DNA of 64,000 nt from a bacterium. Its GTDB lineage: Bacteria; Zhuqueibacterota; QNDG01; JAFGCO01. The notes below the pieces were generated by a model. That model worked only from the letters and a program-made list of their open reading frames with translations, had not been told where the DNA came from and searched no databases. The stretch lies in assembly GCA_016932575.1 (NCBI GenBank), contig JAFGCO010000006.1:16238-80237 (forward strand), given 5' to 3'. The number at the start of each line of letters is the position of its first letter. Position 1 is the first letter of the stretch. This document shows, in pieces, positions 50,290-61,109 of this stretch. Position numbers and translations under genes: made by a program.

Positions 50290-51669
50290 ATGGCAAAAAA
50301 GAAGGTGACGTTTTGTGAAAACCATCCGGATATTGCAACAAGTGACAGTTGTGAGGTCTGTGGAAAAAATATTTGTTACAATTGCCTGAAGGTATTTACC
50401 GGCCGCACATTTTGCAGCCGCAAATGCATCCGCAAGTATGCATTGGACCATATTCGACAGTTTTTCATCGATTTTTCGATAAAAACAGGATGGATTATTA
50501 CCTGGCCGATTCATGGATTATTACGCGTGCAAAAATGGCGCGGGTTGGAATGGTGCCTGGTGCTGGGGCTTGCCTTGAGTATCTATCTGAATATCCAGCT
50601 AAAGAAGGAACTCGATGTTCTGCAATCTGTCGTGGCGACCGGAGCCGAAGGAGCAATATCGATTGACGACAAGACCTTGCCGCCTGCGCATGTTTTCAAG
50701 CCGGCAGAAGGCGGTATGGTTCAATCCAACCGTATTGATATTTCCGGTGAAGCGGAGGAGAACTGGATTGTCTCTCTTTCGCGGGATGATAAAGTGATCT
50801 CTGTCAAACTCCCCGAGAATGGTAAATTTGAATTTACAAATGTCCGTCTCTATAGGGGACAGAACGAATTGGTCGTCCGGGCTCTGAATCAGGAAGGCAG
50901 AGTCGTTGTGCTTCAGACTCTGAATTTACAATATGGCCTGCCTACTTTGAGATATTTACTGAGTGAAATCAAGCGGGGACCAGTGGGTAGGAAACGCGTG
51001 GCATTCACTTTTGACGGAGGCGCGGAAGACAATGCAGCAGATGAAATATTAGACTATTTAAAAGAAGAGAATGTCAGATCCACATTTTTTCTGACCGGCC
51101 GGTTTATTCAGCAATATCCTCAGACCGTCAGACGCATTGTATCAGAGGGCCATGAAGTAGGGAATCATACCATGAACCACCCGCATTTAACCACATATGA
51201 AAAAAACCGGAGGCATTATACACGTGAAAATATTACCAGAGACTTGTTGCATAACGAGCTTAACAAGACCGCCCAGAGGTTCGAATGTGTTACAAAAAAG
51301 AAGATGTCGTATTTATGGAGGGCTCCTTATGGCGAAAGAAACAATGATATTTTAAAATGGGCAGCTGAAGCCGGTTACAAACATATCGGATGGACAGTCG
51401 GACGGGGCTGGGAAGAAAATATGGATACCATGGATTGGGTGGCTGATAAAAATTCAAAAGCCTACCACAGCGCTGAGGAGATTGCAGATAAAATTCTTTC
51501 ATATGCCGACAATACGGGAGACGGGGCCGATGGCGTGATTATTCTAATGCATCTCGGTACCAACCGGAAAGATGATTATCCGCATAAAAAACTGCCGGAA
51601 ATATTAAAAGGTTTGAAACAGAGAGGTTATGAACCGGTGACTGTGAGTGAGTTGTTGGGTATGAACTGA
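50290..51669 (+). CDS. polysaccharide deacetylase (NodB/CE4) with N-terminal Cys-rich zinc ribbon and TM anchor
   Basis: N-terminus CENHPD...CEVCGKNICYNC...CSRKC, then a TM helix. The NodB domain carries FTFDGG, HTMNHPHL motifs. Confidence 0.8.
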   Translation: MAKKKVTFCENHPDIATSDSCEVCGKNICYNCLKVFTGRTFCSRKCIRKYALDHIRQFFIDFSIKTGWIITWPIHGLLRVQKWRGLEWCLVLGLALSIYLNIQLKKELDVLQSVVATGAEGAISIDDKTLPPAHVFKPAEGGMVQSNRIDISGEAEENWIVSLSRDDKVISVKLPENGKFEFTNVRLYRGQNELVVRALNQEGRVVVLQTLNLQYGLPTLRYLLSEIKRGPVGRKRVAFTFDGGAEDNAADEILDYLKEENVRSTFFLTGRFIQQYPQTVRRIVSEGHEVGNHTMNHPHLTTYEKNRRHYTRENITRDLLHNELNKTAQRFECVTKKKMSYLWRAPYGERNNDILKWAAEAGYKHIGWTVGRGWEENMDTMDWVADKNSKAYHSAEEIADKILSYADNTGDGADGVIILMHLGTNRKDDYPHKKLPEILKGLKQRGYEPVTVSELLGMN

Positions 51670-51714
51670 TCATGGAAGGATCCCATCCCTGATTTTTTTA
51701 AATGTCGGTCCATT

Positions 51715-52689
51715 ATGCATTGCTTCTCAGGGAAGTATTGTGTTATCTACAGCTTCCTGTATTCAATTATCCCTGGAATTATCCTTAGAAATCACATATC
51801 CTGTATGAATTCAATCAACACGAATATTGAAAAATCTGACACACTTCATGATACACTGGATGGCCTCTATAGGCGATATCAGAACGGTTATCTTTCCATG
51901 GATCCGCTGGAACTTGCCAGACAGTATGAAGACTCAAAAGACCAGGAAATCGCGGCGTTTATTTCCGCTGGATTGGCAATCGGACGATACGATTTAATTC
52001 GTCGGGCTGTCCAAATGGTGCTCGACTGTATGAAACCCTCTCCATACCGATTTGTCCAAATGTTTGATCCGTCAAGAGATGGCGCCGCTTTTCGTGATTT
52101 TAGATATCGGTTCTATCAAGGCCGGGATATTCAGCTGTTGATCTGGTGGATTGCACAGATGATTCGCCGGGCCGGGAGCATCAAACAATTTTTTCTGAAC
52201 GGTTATTCAGCCTCTGATTCAAATATTGGGTTCAGCCTTTCCCGATTTGTCAGATCCATCCTTGATTTAACCACGGCCCCTTTTTATTCTGAGATTCCGC
52301 CAAGAGGAGTGGGCATCCGGCATTTTCTGGCCGATCCGCTGGACGGAAGCGGGTGCAAGCGCCTGAATCTGTTTTTACGGTGGATGGTGCGGAAAGATGC
52401 TTTGGATCTCGGGCTGTGGCCGGAGGTCTCCACGTCGCAGCTTGTGATTCCCCTGGATACCCATATCATTCGATTCGGACGCTATCTCGGATTAACCGGG
52501 CGTGTTTCTCCGGGATGGAACATGGCTTTGGAAATCACAGAAACCCTTCGCCGGTTTGATGCGTCTGATCCGGTAAAATATGATTTTGCGATCTGCACAC
52601 TGGGTAAACTGACCGATTGTTCGAATCCGCCGGATCGAATCAAGTGCCGGACGTGCCCCATATTTCGGTGTTGCAGGAATGCGGTGTAG
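51715..52689 (+). CDS. hypothetical protein, TIGR02757/DUF2400-like (HhH-GPD-like) with C-terminal Cys cluster
   Basis: PLDTHIIRFGRYLGL region and C-terminus CSNPPDRIKCRTCPIFRCC. Start is uncertain. Confidence 0.4.
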   Translation: MHCFSGKYCVIYSFLYSIIPGIILRNHISCMNSINTNIEKSDTLHDTLDGLYRRYQNGYLSMDPLELARQYEDSKDQEIAAFISAGLAIGRYDLIRRAVQMVLDCMKPSPYRFVQMFDPSRDGAAFRDFRYRFYQGRDIQLLIWWIAQMIRRAGSIKQFFLNGYSASDSNIGFSLSRFVRSILDLTTAPFYSEIPPRGVGIRHFLADPLDGSGCKRLNLFLRWMVRKDALDLGLWPEVSTSQLVIPLDTHIIRFGRYLGLTGRVSPGWNMALEITETLRRFDASDPVKYDFAICTLGKLTDCSNPPDRIKCRTCPIFRCCRNAV

Positions 52690-52939
52690 GGATAGGCTGT
52701 CATCCTGAGTGGAATTCCGACGCCTTTTGTCGGAATGGAACGAAGAATCTGTACCTGCCTAAGATTCTTAAATACAACAATCCTTGTTTCAACAGCACAA
52801 TTAATATAATGCTTTATTGTCAAGAAAAATGAATATTCTTTCAAAATAAATGCGCTTTAGCCATTTTAATTTGCCTTCATCAATCAAAATGGCTAAATTA
52901 ATCACAATTTGTGAATACATCGAATAAAAGGCGGGCTCC

Positions 52940-53956
52940 ATGTGTATTCTGATCATGATTCTTATCTCCTGTACAGCGCTGTATGCAGCCGAAAGTCCGT
53001 TTCCGGCGTGTGTCGATTCACTGATCCATCAGGGTACCCGGCTGAATTCCATGGCGCAATTTGATTCGGCTTTTACGACTTTTCAGCAGGTGAACCGTTT
53101 ACTGCCGGAGCACCCGGCCGGATCTTTTTATCTGGCGGCCACCCTGCATTCGAAAATGATGCATTATGAAACCGACCGGTGGGAATTGGCGTTTTCCGAA
53201 TACAGGGACAGCACAATGTCGCGGGCGGACACCTGGCTGGCCAACCGCGGTGAGGATCCCTGGATCTATTTTTTTCGGGGGAGCATTCAAACCTATATGG
53301 GGCTCTATCAGGCCAAACGCGGCAGTCTTGTCAAAGGCTTTGTCAGTGCGGAAGGGGGGGTGGATGATCTGATACGGGCTATCCGTCTGGATTCCACCTG
53401 TTATGATGCATATATCGGCATCGGCAATTATAAATACTGGTCCGGTAAATTTTACAAATATCTGCGGTGGCTGCCATTTATCAGGGATGAACGAAGCCAG
53501 GGAGAAGCTGAAGTTCGTTTGGGTATGGAAAAAGGATGTTTTTTCTACTGGGTGGGGGTGAACAGCCTGGCCTGGATCAAATATGACCGTGAACATTTTG
53601 AAGAAGCCATCCGGTTGTTTGAACTTGGAGCAGCTGAATTTGACAGCAGTTTGATCTGGTTGTGGGGGCTGGCAGATGCACATAAAAAAGGGGCGCATTA
53701 TCGCAGGGCCCTGAATTATTACTACAGCATTATCGGGGAAGTCGAATCAGACACTCTGGAAAGCGGGTACAATGAAGTGCTGGCCAGATGGAAGGCAATT
53801 CAGTGTCTGGAGAAACTGGAATTATATCCGGAAATTATCAATCATGCAAAAGCGATTCAGAACCGGCCTGTGGAAGCCGGAATGTTTGACAAAGCCATGG
53901 AATATCGGGACAAAGCCCGAAAGGCTCAACAACGGGCAGAGAAAAAACTAAAATGA
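52940..53956 (+). CDS. hypothetical secreted helical (TPR-like) protein
   Basis: Signal peptide. Predominantly helical repeat composition. Confidence 0.45.
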   Translation: MCILIMILISCTALYAAESPFPACVDSLIHQGTRLNSMAQFDSAFTTFQQVNRLLPEHPAGSFYLAATLHSKMMHYETDRWELAFSEYRDSTMSRADTWLANRGEDPWIYFFRGSIQTYMGLYQAKRGSLVKGFVSAEGGVDDLIRAIRLDSTCYDAYIGIGNYKYWSGKFYKYLRWLPFIRDERSQGEAEVRLGMEKGCFFYWVGVNSLAWIKYDREHFEEAIRLFELGAAEFDSSLIWLWGLADAHKKGAHYRRALNYYYSIIGEVESDTLESGYNEVLARWKAIQCLEKLELYPEIINHAKAIQNRPVEAGMFDKAMEYRDKARKAQQRAEKKLK

Positions 53957-53969
53957 CAGAAATGCTCAG

Positions 53970-55127
53970 ATGAAAGCGGACACCAAAACATACGATTTGG
54001 GAAGGCATACTTTTATTTACGTCTTTTTTTTATTCTGTGTGAGTTTTTCCTGCATGGTTGATGCGGCATCCTTATTATCGCCTTTGGAAAGCCGGCTTCA
54101 GAAAGATATTGAAGATGCAAGACTGGATACATTTTCAAAGATTGAGGCCGCATTTATTTTATCCGGTGTGAAGCAGTCGGATTCCCTTGAGTATTATAAA
54201 GACTGGTATTATCATCTTCTTGATAAGATAAGAGGATTTCCATTTGACAAGTTCAATCAAGCGGCGGCCGCCGGTCAGGTATTCAGTTATTTGCATACAT
54301 CCTGGTTGAAGACGTATCAACGGGAATCCACTGATCTGCTGTCGATTGTTCACAATCAGGAATACAATTGTGTGGCTGCAACGATTTTATATAATCTCAT
54401 TTGTGAAGATTTGGGATGGATGACCGAAGCATTCGAAACACCTACCCATGTGTACACAATTTTCAGCAATTTCACCCAGCCCATTACCGTGGAAAATACC
54501 AGCCCTTTGGGATTTGACATTATGAAAAATCTTCATGAATATTCCATTTATCTGAGGCAGTATTACCCGGAAAATGAAGTATACCGTATCGGCCTGGACC
54601 GTCTCTATGCTTATGAAAACAGCAACGGGAGAATGATCAACAATACTGAATTGTTGGGTCTTTTGGCGTATAATCGTGCTTATTTTGCACGTAACAATGA
54701 AGATTATGCCATAGCCTATGAGCTTGTGCTGCTGGCTCAAAGTTTTAACATTGACTCACGCTCCAATGTCCGTTTTGAGAAGAATCTCTATTATATCTGG
54801 GGGAAAAAGTTGTTTGATGAGGAACGTTATGATGAAGCCTTTTCAGTGTTAGCAGATGCTGTGTATCGGTATCCGGACATGTCCGATTTTGTTCAGAATA
54901 CCCGTGCAGCATTTTTTCAAAGTCTAAATCGTTACTGGCTAAACCGTGACTGGCAGAATACAAAGCGAATCATTGAAGAAATCCATGTGCTGAATGTGCT
55001 GGAAGAGAAAGATCAAAATAGATTATATCGGCTGTTAGAACAGTGGAGCCGTCATTTCCATCGGATCTCCGAAAAATCCTGTCTCAAAGACGTTAACGAA
55101 CTTCGCGAAGAAATAAAATCGAATTAA
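53970..55127 (+). CDS. secreted transglutaminase-like cysteine-protease-fold protein with TPR-like tail
   Basis: Signal peptide. NCVAATILYNLICEDLGW (putative Cys) ... PTHVY (His) spacing is typical of transglutaminase-like cores. Confidence 0.5.
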   Translation: MKADTKTYDLGRHTFIYVFFLFCVSFSCMVDAASLLSPLESRLQKDIEDARLDTFSKIEAAFILSGVKQSDSLEYYKDWYYHLLDKIRGFPFDKFNQAAAAGQVFSYLHTSWLKTYQRESTDLLSIVHNQEYNCVAATILYNLICEDLGWMTEAFETPTHVYTIFSNFTQPITVENTSPLGFDIMKNLHEYSIYLRQYYPENEVYRIGLDRLYAYENSNGRMINNTELLGLLAYNRAYFARNNEDYAIAYELVLLAQSFNIDSRSNVRFEKNLYYIWGKKLFDEERYDEAFSVLADAVYRYPDMSDFVQNTRAAFFQSLNRYWLNRDWQNTKRIIEEIHVLNVLEEKDQNRLYRLLEQWSRHFHRISEKSCLKDVNELREEIKSN

Positions 55128-55129
55128 TA

Positions 55130-55843
55130 TTATTCATTACGCACCGCAATGACACGATCCGGATAATCGCTGAAGAAACCATTCACACCCCATTGGACGA
55201 GCCGTCGCATGGTGGGCGGATGATTGACTGTGTAAACGAAGACTTTCAAATTTGCATTATGGGCCTCTTGGATCCATATTTTTCGAATCGGTCTCAAGGG
55301 AAGATGCACAGAAACCGCATTGAGGTGGATGGCAATTTTGGTATACCCTCTTCTTGGAAACCGGTACAAGACACCAATGGGTATTTGAGGAAAATGGTCA
55401 TGTATCAGCTGCAACTGGTTATGCTTAAAGGAAGAGACAATGATTTTGTTTTTTGACCAGCCGGCCCTGATTTTTTTACTGATAAAATGCCCGACCTGGA
55501 TGGCGCAGTTCAGGCCCTTGAGTTCAATAAGAAGGCCTGCTTTTTGATTGACCAGATCAAACACCTCTGAAAGCAGAGGTATTTTCTCGCCGGTTCCCGC
55601 ATCCAAGGAGCGAATATAAGACAGAGAGTGACGCTGAATATGACCGCGGCCCGAGGTTGTGCGTTTCAGGGAGCGGTCATGAATCACAATAATTTCACTT
55701 TGCAGTGCATGTACATCGATCTCGATCCAGTCGGCACCGAGATTCAGGGCTTTTTGAATGGAGCCCAATGTATTTTCAGGGGCGTATCCGGCGGCCCCGC
55801 GATGGCCGATGCATACAATTTTCGATGCTGATTTTGTAATCAT
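55130..55843 (-). CDS. glycerophosphodiester phosphodiesterase
   Basis: IGHRGAAGYAPENT and EIDVH motifs. Confidence 0.85.
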   Translation of the reverse strand: MITKSASKIVCIGHRGAAGYAPENTLGSIQKALNLGADWIEIDVHALQSEIIVIHDRSLKRTTSGRGHIQRHSLSYIRSLDAGTGEKIPLLSEVFDLVNQKAGLLIELKGLNCAIQVGHFISKKIRAGWSKNKIIVSSFKHNQLQLIHDHFPQIPIGVLYRFPRRGYTKIAIHLNAVSVHLPLRPIRKIWIQEAHNANLKVFVYTVNHPPTMRRLVQWGVNGFFSDYPDRVIAVRNE

Positions 55844-56149
55844 GGTTCTTTATTTTCTGCTCTGTTATTGTGTTTTCCGGTCTGTCGGCAAATCCCATGC
55901 CTGCTCCGGAGAAACTGTTGTTTTGATCCTAAAATAAAAATTTTTGTGCCATGTAAAATGAAAAAACAAAATGATAAATAAAAATGAAAAATTTGAGAAA
56001 TGCTGATATGTTTCAGGACCGGATGATCCAGTGATTAAAATCGACATAATCGCAGGAAAATTTTCCTGATACAATGCATTTTTTTCTTGACTATCTCGTG
56101 AATATTGTTTAACTGTAATTGTCCCCCCCTTTAATCAGAGAGGTGTCCC

Positions 56150-57676
56150 ATGATTCTGCATCATGAATTTGTCCGCATCGCAAAAAAATACAGTAAAAAA
56201 ATTGCCATTGTGGATAAGACAAGAGGCAGTGAAGTCTCTTACAGCAAAGCCCTGATTGCGTCCCTAATGCTGGCAAAAAAATTCAAGGCTTATAAGGAAG
56301 GCGATATCGGTGTGATGGTACCGACGTCTGCCGGAGCTATGCTGGCCGTGATGGGTGTCCTGATGGCGGGCAAGACACCGGTAATGATTAATTATTCCAC
56401 AGGTGCCGCTGAGAATTGTGAGTATGCTCAAAATAAAGTAGGATTTAAAACCATCATCACATCGAGGGCTTTACTGGAAAAAATCAACTGCCGGGAAGTC
56501 GATGGTATGATCTGCCTGGAAGATATCATGAAGCAAATTACTCTTGCGGATAAAATCGGCGCCGCATTGAAATCAAAAATGCCTGCCGGGATGATTATCA
56601 AGGGATTCCCGCAAAAGGACATTGATGACAATGTGGTTATTTTATTCACCAGCGGCAGTGAGAAAGATCCCAAGGCTGTGCAACTGACCCACCGGAATAT
56701 CGGTTCCAATATCACGGATGTCCTCCAGGTGATGGATCTTTCGGATAAAGATGTCATCATGTCGATTCTACCGATGTTTCATGTGTTCGGGAATACCGTG
56801 GATTTCTGGCTGCCCCTGCTGACGGGGATGACTGCTGTGACCTATGCCAATCCTCTGGATTATAAAACAGTTCCAAAAATCATTAAAGAACAGCAAGTGA
56901 CTATGATAGCGGCCACACCGGTATTCTTTTTAGGATATCTGCGTGAATCGCAACCCGGTGATTTCGAGAGCGTGCGTCTTGCCGTTGCCGGCGCAGACAA
57001 GGCGTCGGATTCATTACGCGAGGGATACCGGAAGAAGCACGGAATAGAACTGCTTGAGGGATATGGAACCACGGAAACCAGTCCGGTCGTGTCCGTGAAC
57101 CAACCCGATAAAAACCGGCCCGGAAGCATCGGACCTTTACTCCCGAGCGTTCAAGTGAAGATCGCGAGTATCGATACCGGTGAAGCGCTGCCTCCCGGTA
57201 AAGAAGGAAAGATCCTTGTAAAAGGGGATCTGGTGATGAAGGGCTATTATGACGATATTGAAGAAACCTCCTTGCGGATCGAGAACGGCTGGTATGATAC
57301 CGGAGATATAGGTGTGCTGGATGAAGACGGATATTTATGGCATAAAGGCCGTCTGAAACGTTTTGTAAAAATCGGAGGCGAGATGGTTTCTCTGGTGCGC
57401 ACGGAAAGTGTGCTGCAGGATCTGCTACCGGAAGGAGAAAACTGTTGTATTGTAGAACTGCCGGATTCAGTCAAGGGTGCGAAGCTGGTGGCTGTTGTGA
57501 CAGCAGATATCAATGAAAAAGAGATGATAAAAAAGATGATGGAGAAATTACCCAGTATAGCGGTGCCCAATAAGTTTGTCAGGTTTGAGGACCTGCCCAA
57601 GATGGGAAGCGGCAAGGTCGATTTTCGCACAGTTACGGAGCTTGTGAAAAATGATTTTAAAAAAGGATCCAGATGA
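56150..57676 (+). CDS. AMP-dependent synthetase/ligase (acyl-CoA / acyl-ACP synthetase family)
   Basis: AMP-binding motifs TSGSEKDPKAV, YGTTET, and a C-terminal GKVDFR Lys. Confidence 0.85.
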   Translation: MILHHEFVRIAKKYSKKIAIVDKTRGSEVSYSKALIASLMLAKKFKAYKEGDIGVMVPTSAGAMLAVMGVLMAGKTPVMINYSTGAAENCEYAQNKVGFKTIITSRALLEKINCREVDGMICLEDIMKQITLADKIGAALKSKMPAGMIIKGFPQKDIDDNVVILFTSGSEKDPKAVQLTHRNIGSNITDVLQVMDLSDKDVIMSILPMFHVFGNTVDFWLPLLTGMTAVTYANPLDYKTVPKIIKEQQVTMIAATPVFFLGYLRESQPGDFESVRLAVAGADKASDSLREGYRKKHGIELLEGYGTTETSPVVSVNQPDKNRPGSIGPLLPSVQVKIASIDTGEALPPGKEGKILVKGDLVMKGYYDDIEETSLRIENGWYDTGDIGVLDEDGYLWHKGRLKRFVKIGGEMVSLVRTESVLQDLLPEGENCCIVELPDSVKGAKLVAVVTADINEKEMIKKMMEKLPSIAVPNKFVRFEDLPKMGSGKVDFRTVTELVKNDFKKGSR

Positions 57677-57727
57677 AAATATTAAATATTTTATATTGAA
57701 TTATCTTTGTCAACGATGGATATGCAA

Positions 57728-57765
57728 AGCTCCCGAGATCATTTAATGCTTGGGAGCTTTTTTTG
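57728..57765 (+). terminator. rho-independent terminator after the AMP-ligase gene
   Basis: agctcccgag / cttgggagct stem (one mismatch) followed by TTTTTTTG. Confidence 0.55.
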
Positions 57766-57895
57766 TTTTAAAAATATTCAGGAGGTTATGATTATGGATA
57801 TATTCATTTTAAAAATAAAACCACATGCTGTTTTTTGACCTTAAAAAGGAAAATTTTAAATGAATCCTTGTCTGATGATAATTAAGGAGGTCGAA

Positions 57896-58531
57896 ATGAA
57901 AATACAAAAGCAGCTGGTTCCGGTTTCAGATTACCTGTCGGAAAAAGAACTTGCCCTTTATTACCTAAATGAGGATACACTGGATTTGGGTGACCGGATC
58001 GAAGCATGGTGGATCCAATCCGTTTTTCAGGCATTCTTTCATGATATGGAGACCGCCATTCAGAAGGCGAATCAGCCGGAGCTTACGACGGCGTTATTGG
58101 CATCCAGAAAAGACACATTGATCAATATATTAAAAAATAATGATATTTTGGAAGAAGAACTCCCGCTGTATGTGCAGGGCGCGTTTGAGACACCGGCCGT
58201 CAAATGGATTGCAGGAGATATCGAGAAAAGCCTTTGGATAATTCAACGTAAAAATGAATATTTGATCAATCTGAACGGGGATTATACAAACCAGGTGACC
58301 ATGCCGGGGCTTATTTTAGATACAAACGCAGATGCACTGGAAGGCAGCACCGTTACATGGGAATTTGATCCGAACCATTTTGTCTGGGAAGATCATATTA
58401 TGTGGGTGGAATCCCGGATCGTGAATCGGTGGGCTATGATTGTCACCGGTGTGGTTTGCATTTTACTTATAGCGGGTCTGATTTTGGGGCCGGTTTTACT
58501 GAGAAAAAGACGTGAGATCAGGACGGCCTGA
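57896..58531 (+). CDS. hypothetical protein with C-terminal TM anchor
   Basis: Strong SD aaggaggtcgaaATG at 57896. C-terminal hydrophobic helix then RKRREIR. Confidence 0.5.
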   Translation: MKIQKQLVPVSDYLSEKELALYYLNEDTLDLGDRIEAWWIQSVFQAFFHDMETAIQKANQPELTTALLASRKDTLINILKNNDILEEELPLYVQGAFETPAVKWIAGDIEKSLWIIQRKNEYLINLNGDYTNQVTMPGLILDTNADALEGSTVTWEFDPNHFVWEDHIMWVESRIVNRWAMIVTGVVCILLIAGLILGPVLLRKRREIRTA

Positions 58532-58656
58532 CTGAACGCAATCACAAAAGCAAGTGACAGCAATAACTGAATGCCCAGGGTTCAATAGGGCAGAGAAGAA
58601 CCCCGGGACGATCTGAAAAATGACGATTGAGCCCGTTTTTTAAAATTCATCTGTCT

Positions 58657-59313
58657 TTACCTCGATTTATCCACACCGATCCGTTCACAGTATTCAGACA
58701 CTTTGCACCGGCTGCAGAAAGGACTGACGGGTTTGCAAATGCCCTGTCCGAATGCAACAAGTATATCATTAATTAAAATCCACCAATTGGCCGGAAGTAT
58801 TTTCCTGAGCACGATTTCTGTTTCATCCGGATAGCGGGTTTTTACATACCCAAATCGATTGGTAATACGGTGTACGTGTGTGTCCACACAGATTCCTGGT
58901 TTGCCGAATCCCAGCGTAATTACCAGATTGGCTGTTTTACGACCCACACCCGGCAATTGTAACAATTGATCCAGGTCATCGGGCACGAAACCCTGATAGT
59001 CGTTTAATAAAATCCGGCAGACCTTAAGTATATTTGCGGCTTTACGTTTATAAAATCCAACTGGAAATATGAGTTTTTGAATTGTGCTTTCGTGTAATTT
59101 CAACATTTTTTCCGGTGTGTCAGCCTGTTTAAATAATCGTCTGGAAGCCTGTGTGGTTACTTCGTCTTTGGTACGCAGACTGAGCAGTGTTGAAATGAGA
59201 ATCTGAAAAGGATCCCCGGATCGTTCCGCCACCAAAGTGACAATCGGCACATGCCAGTTCTTGGATTCATGATGCAGAATTGTGAGAACTTTATCGAGAG
59301 TTTTTGTAGTCAA
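58657..59313 (-). CDS. nth: endonuclease III
   Basis: HhH-GPD motif LPGVGRKTANLV. 4Fe-4S CxxxxxxCxxCxxxxxC cluster at the C-terminus. Confidence 0.9.
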   Translation of the reverse strand: MTTKTLDKVLTILHHESKNWHVPIVTLVAERSGDPFQILISTLLSLRTKDEVTTQASRRLFKQADTPEKMLKLHESTIQKLIFPVGFYKRKAANILKVCRILLNDYQGFVPDDLDQLLQLPGVGRKTANLVITLGFGKPGICVDTHVHRITNRFGYVKTRYPDETEIVLRKILPANWWILINDILVAFGQGICKPVSPFCSRCKVSEYCERIGVDKSR

Positions 59314-59488
59314 TTATCGATCCCCGGATCTGAGTTTAAATTTGGTTCCGACCTTCATATGATTTTCACACATGGTCGGATTATGGTGATTCTTTGAACA
59401 GGTTTTCTGATAAATTCTTGCATTGAAAAAATTACCCAAGTATCGGTTGTATTTATTGGTATACTAAAATTAAAACCAAAGTGATTGA

Positions 59489-59902
59489 TTAAAATGTGTG
59501 ACCGTTTTTTCGGAATTTGTCCATATCTCTCCGTCGTTTTTTTGTGGGACGGCCTTTGTATTTGAGTCGGTTTCGGTGTTCGAGTTTCTGCATTTTACGT
59601 ATGAATTCAATATCATTTTCTGTGAGCCGGATTTTTTCTTCTTCATGGTAAAGCTCATGGGCCAGGGCAGGCGGCAGGCCCCGGTCGGCCAGTTCGAGGA
59701 CTTTGATATCACGATAGCGATCATGGTGATGAATGGTAATTTCATCCCCTTTCCGGATAATTTTATGCGGTTTGGCGGTTTTCCCGTTGACTTTGACTTT
59801 TCGTCCATTACAGGCATCGGCGGCCTGCGAACGGGTTTTATAAAACCTGGCAGCCATCAGCCATCGGTCCAGTCGGGTTTCTTCAAGTGGAGGTTTGTTC
59901 AT
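59489..59902 (-). CDS. S4-domain RNA-binding protein (Hsp15/HslR-like)
   Basis: RLDRWLMAARFYKTRSQA...VKVNGKTAKP S4 motif. Start taken at the Met at 59902. Confidence 0.7.
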   Translation of the reverse strand: MNKPPLEETRLDRWLMAARFYKTRSQAADACNGRKVKVNGKTAKPHKIIRKGDEITIHHHDRYRDIKVLELADRGLPPALAHELYHEEEKIRLTENDIEFIRKMQKLEHRNRLKYKGRPTKKRRRDMDKFRKNGHTF

Positions 59903-60185
59903 AATATGTTTCCACGACACATTATATTGTGTAATATTCGATTTAAAGGAATCCATCTTTCAGGATATTATCAATAAAGTTCTTCGTTATTAAAAGATGA
60001 ATATCAGACAAAAAGCCTGAATCTCATGAATTCTAATCTAAAGTTATAATGAAATGATACAAATAAAAAATAAAAAATCATAAATGATTAATCCGAAACA
60101 TCACTTTGAATTTGACGCAGGAATCATTATATTTGCACAAATCGCGATCACTATTGTATCATTGGGTTGAATCCAGGAGGGCATT

Positions 60186-61109
60186 CTGTCTGTTCAGCTT
60201 GAGCAGTTTACCATTGCCTATGGGAAAAAGATAGCAGTCGATCATTTAAACGTATCGTTTTTCCAGGGCGCGACCGGGCTCTTGGGAGTGAATGGAGCGG
60301 GAAAGTCCAGCCTGATTAAAGGGCTGCTCGGTCTTGTTCCACTGAAAGAAGGCTCTGCAACGATTATGGGAAAAGATATTTGTGAGAAATCAAGGCAAGT
60401 TCGTCAAATGATCGGCTATATGCCCGAAGATGACTGCCTGATACCCGGTCTGACCGGTGTGGAACTGGTTCGATACGCCGGTGAACTTGTGGGAATGCCG
60501 AGAGCAGATGCCATGCAGCGGGCCCATGATGTGCTCTTTGCCGTTGGATTGGGAGAGGCCCGATACAGAAATGTCGAATCATACAGTTCCGGAATGAAAC
60601 AGCGGGTGAAGCTGGCACAGGCCCTTGTACATCATCCCAAACTGCTCTTTCTGGATGAGCCCACAAGCGGTATGGATCCAAAAGGCCGTCAGGAGATGAT
60701 CGAATTGATTCAGTATATTTCCAGTAAATTTGATATAAGCATAATACTGGCCACCCATATTCTGGCGGATGTTGAACGTACCTGTGATTATGTTGTCATG
60801 ATTCATGAGGGTCGTGCTTTGGTTCAGGACAGGGTCGATGATTTACGCGGAGAATACAGCCATACAATGACTATCCGCGTGGAAGGCGATCAAAATAAAT
60901 TTCAGGAAGCCTTAGTAAAAAAAGGTTGTACCATACTGGGAGAAGAGCGTCAATTGCTGGATGTAAAACTTCCAAAAAATGGTAACGAACAATTGATTTT
61001 AACCACTGTTGTGGAAGTCGGGGTTGTACTGCGAAAACTGACGCCGAGCATACAAACCCTGGAGGAAGTATTTGTTAAAAGGGTGAGAGACGAGCATGCC
61101 GGTCTATGA
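60186..61109 (+). CDS. ABC transporter ATP-binding protein; start is non-ATG (CTG at 60186 or ATT at 60183)
   Basis: Walker A GVNGAGKS, signature SSGMKQR, Walker B LLFLDEPTSGMD. In-frame TGA at 60168-60170. AGGAGG at 60175-60180. No ATG/GTG/TTG before the Walker A motif. Confidence 0.8.
   Translation: MSVQLEQFTIAYGKKIAVDHLNVSFFQGATGLLGVNGAGKSSLIKGLLGLVPLKEGSATIMGKDICEKSRQVRQMIGYMPEDDCLIPGLTGVELVRYAGELVGMPRADAMQRAHDVLFAVGLGEARYRNVESYSSGMKQRVKLAQALVHHPKLLFLDEPTSGMDPKGRQEMIELIQYISSKFDISIILATHILADVERTCDYVVMIHEGRALVQDRVDDLRGEYSHTMTIRVEGDQNKFQEALVKKGCTILGEERQLLDVKLPKNGNEQLILTTVVEVGVVLRKLTPSIQTLEEVFVKRVRDEHAGL

Noticed and set aside
58590-58656. Imperfect long hairpin (cccagggttc...gaaccccggg) and gagcccg + T6 between convergent genes
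   Set aside because: Pairing is imperfect and the T-run is not directly adjacent to a stable stem. A bidirectional terminator is possible but weak.
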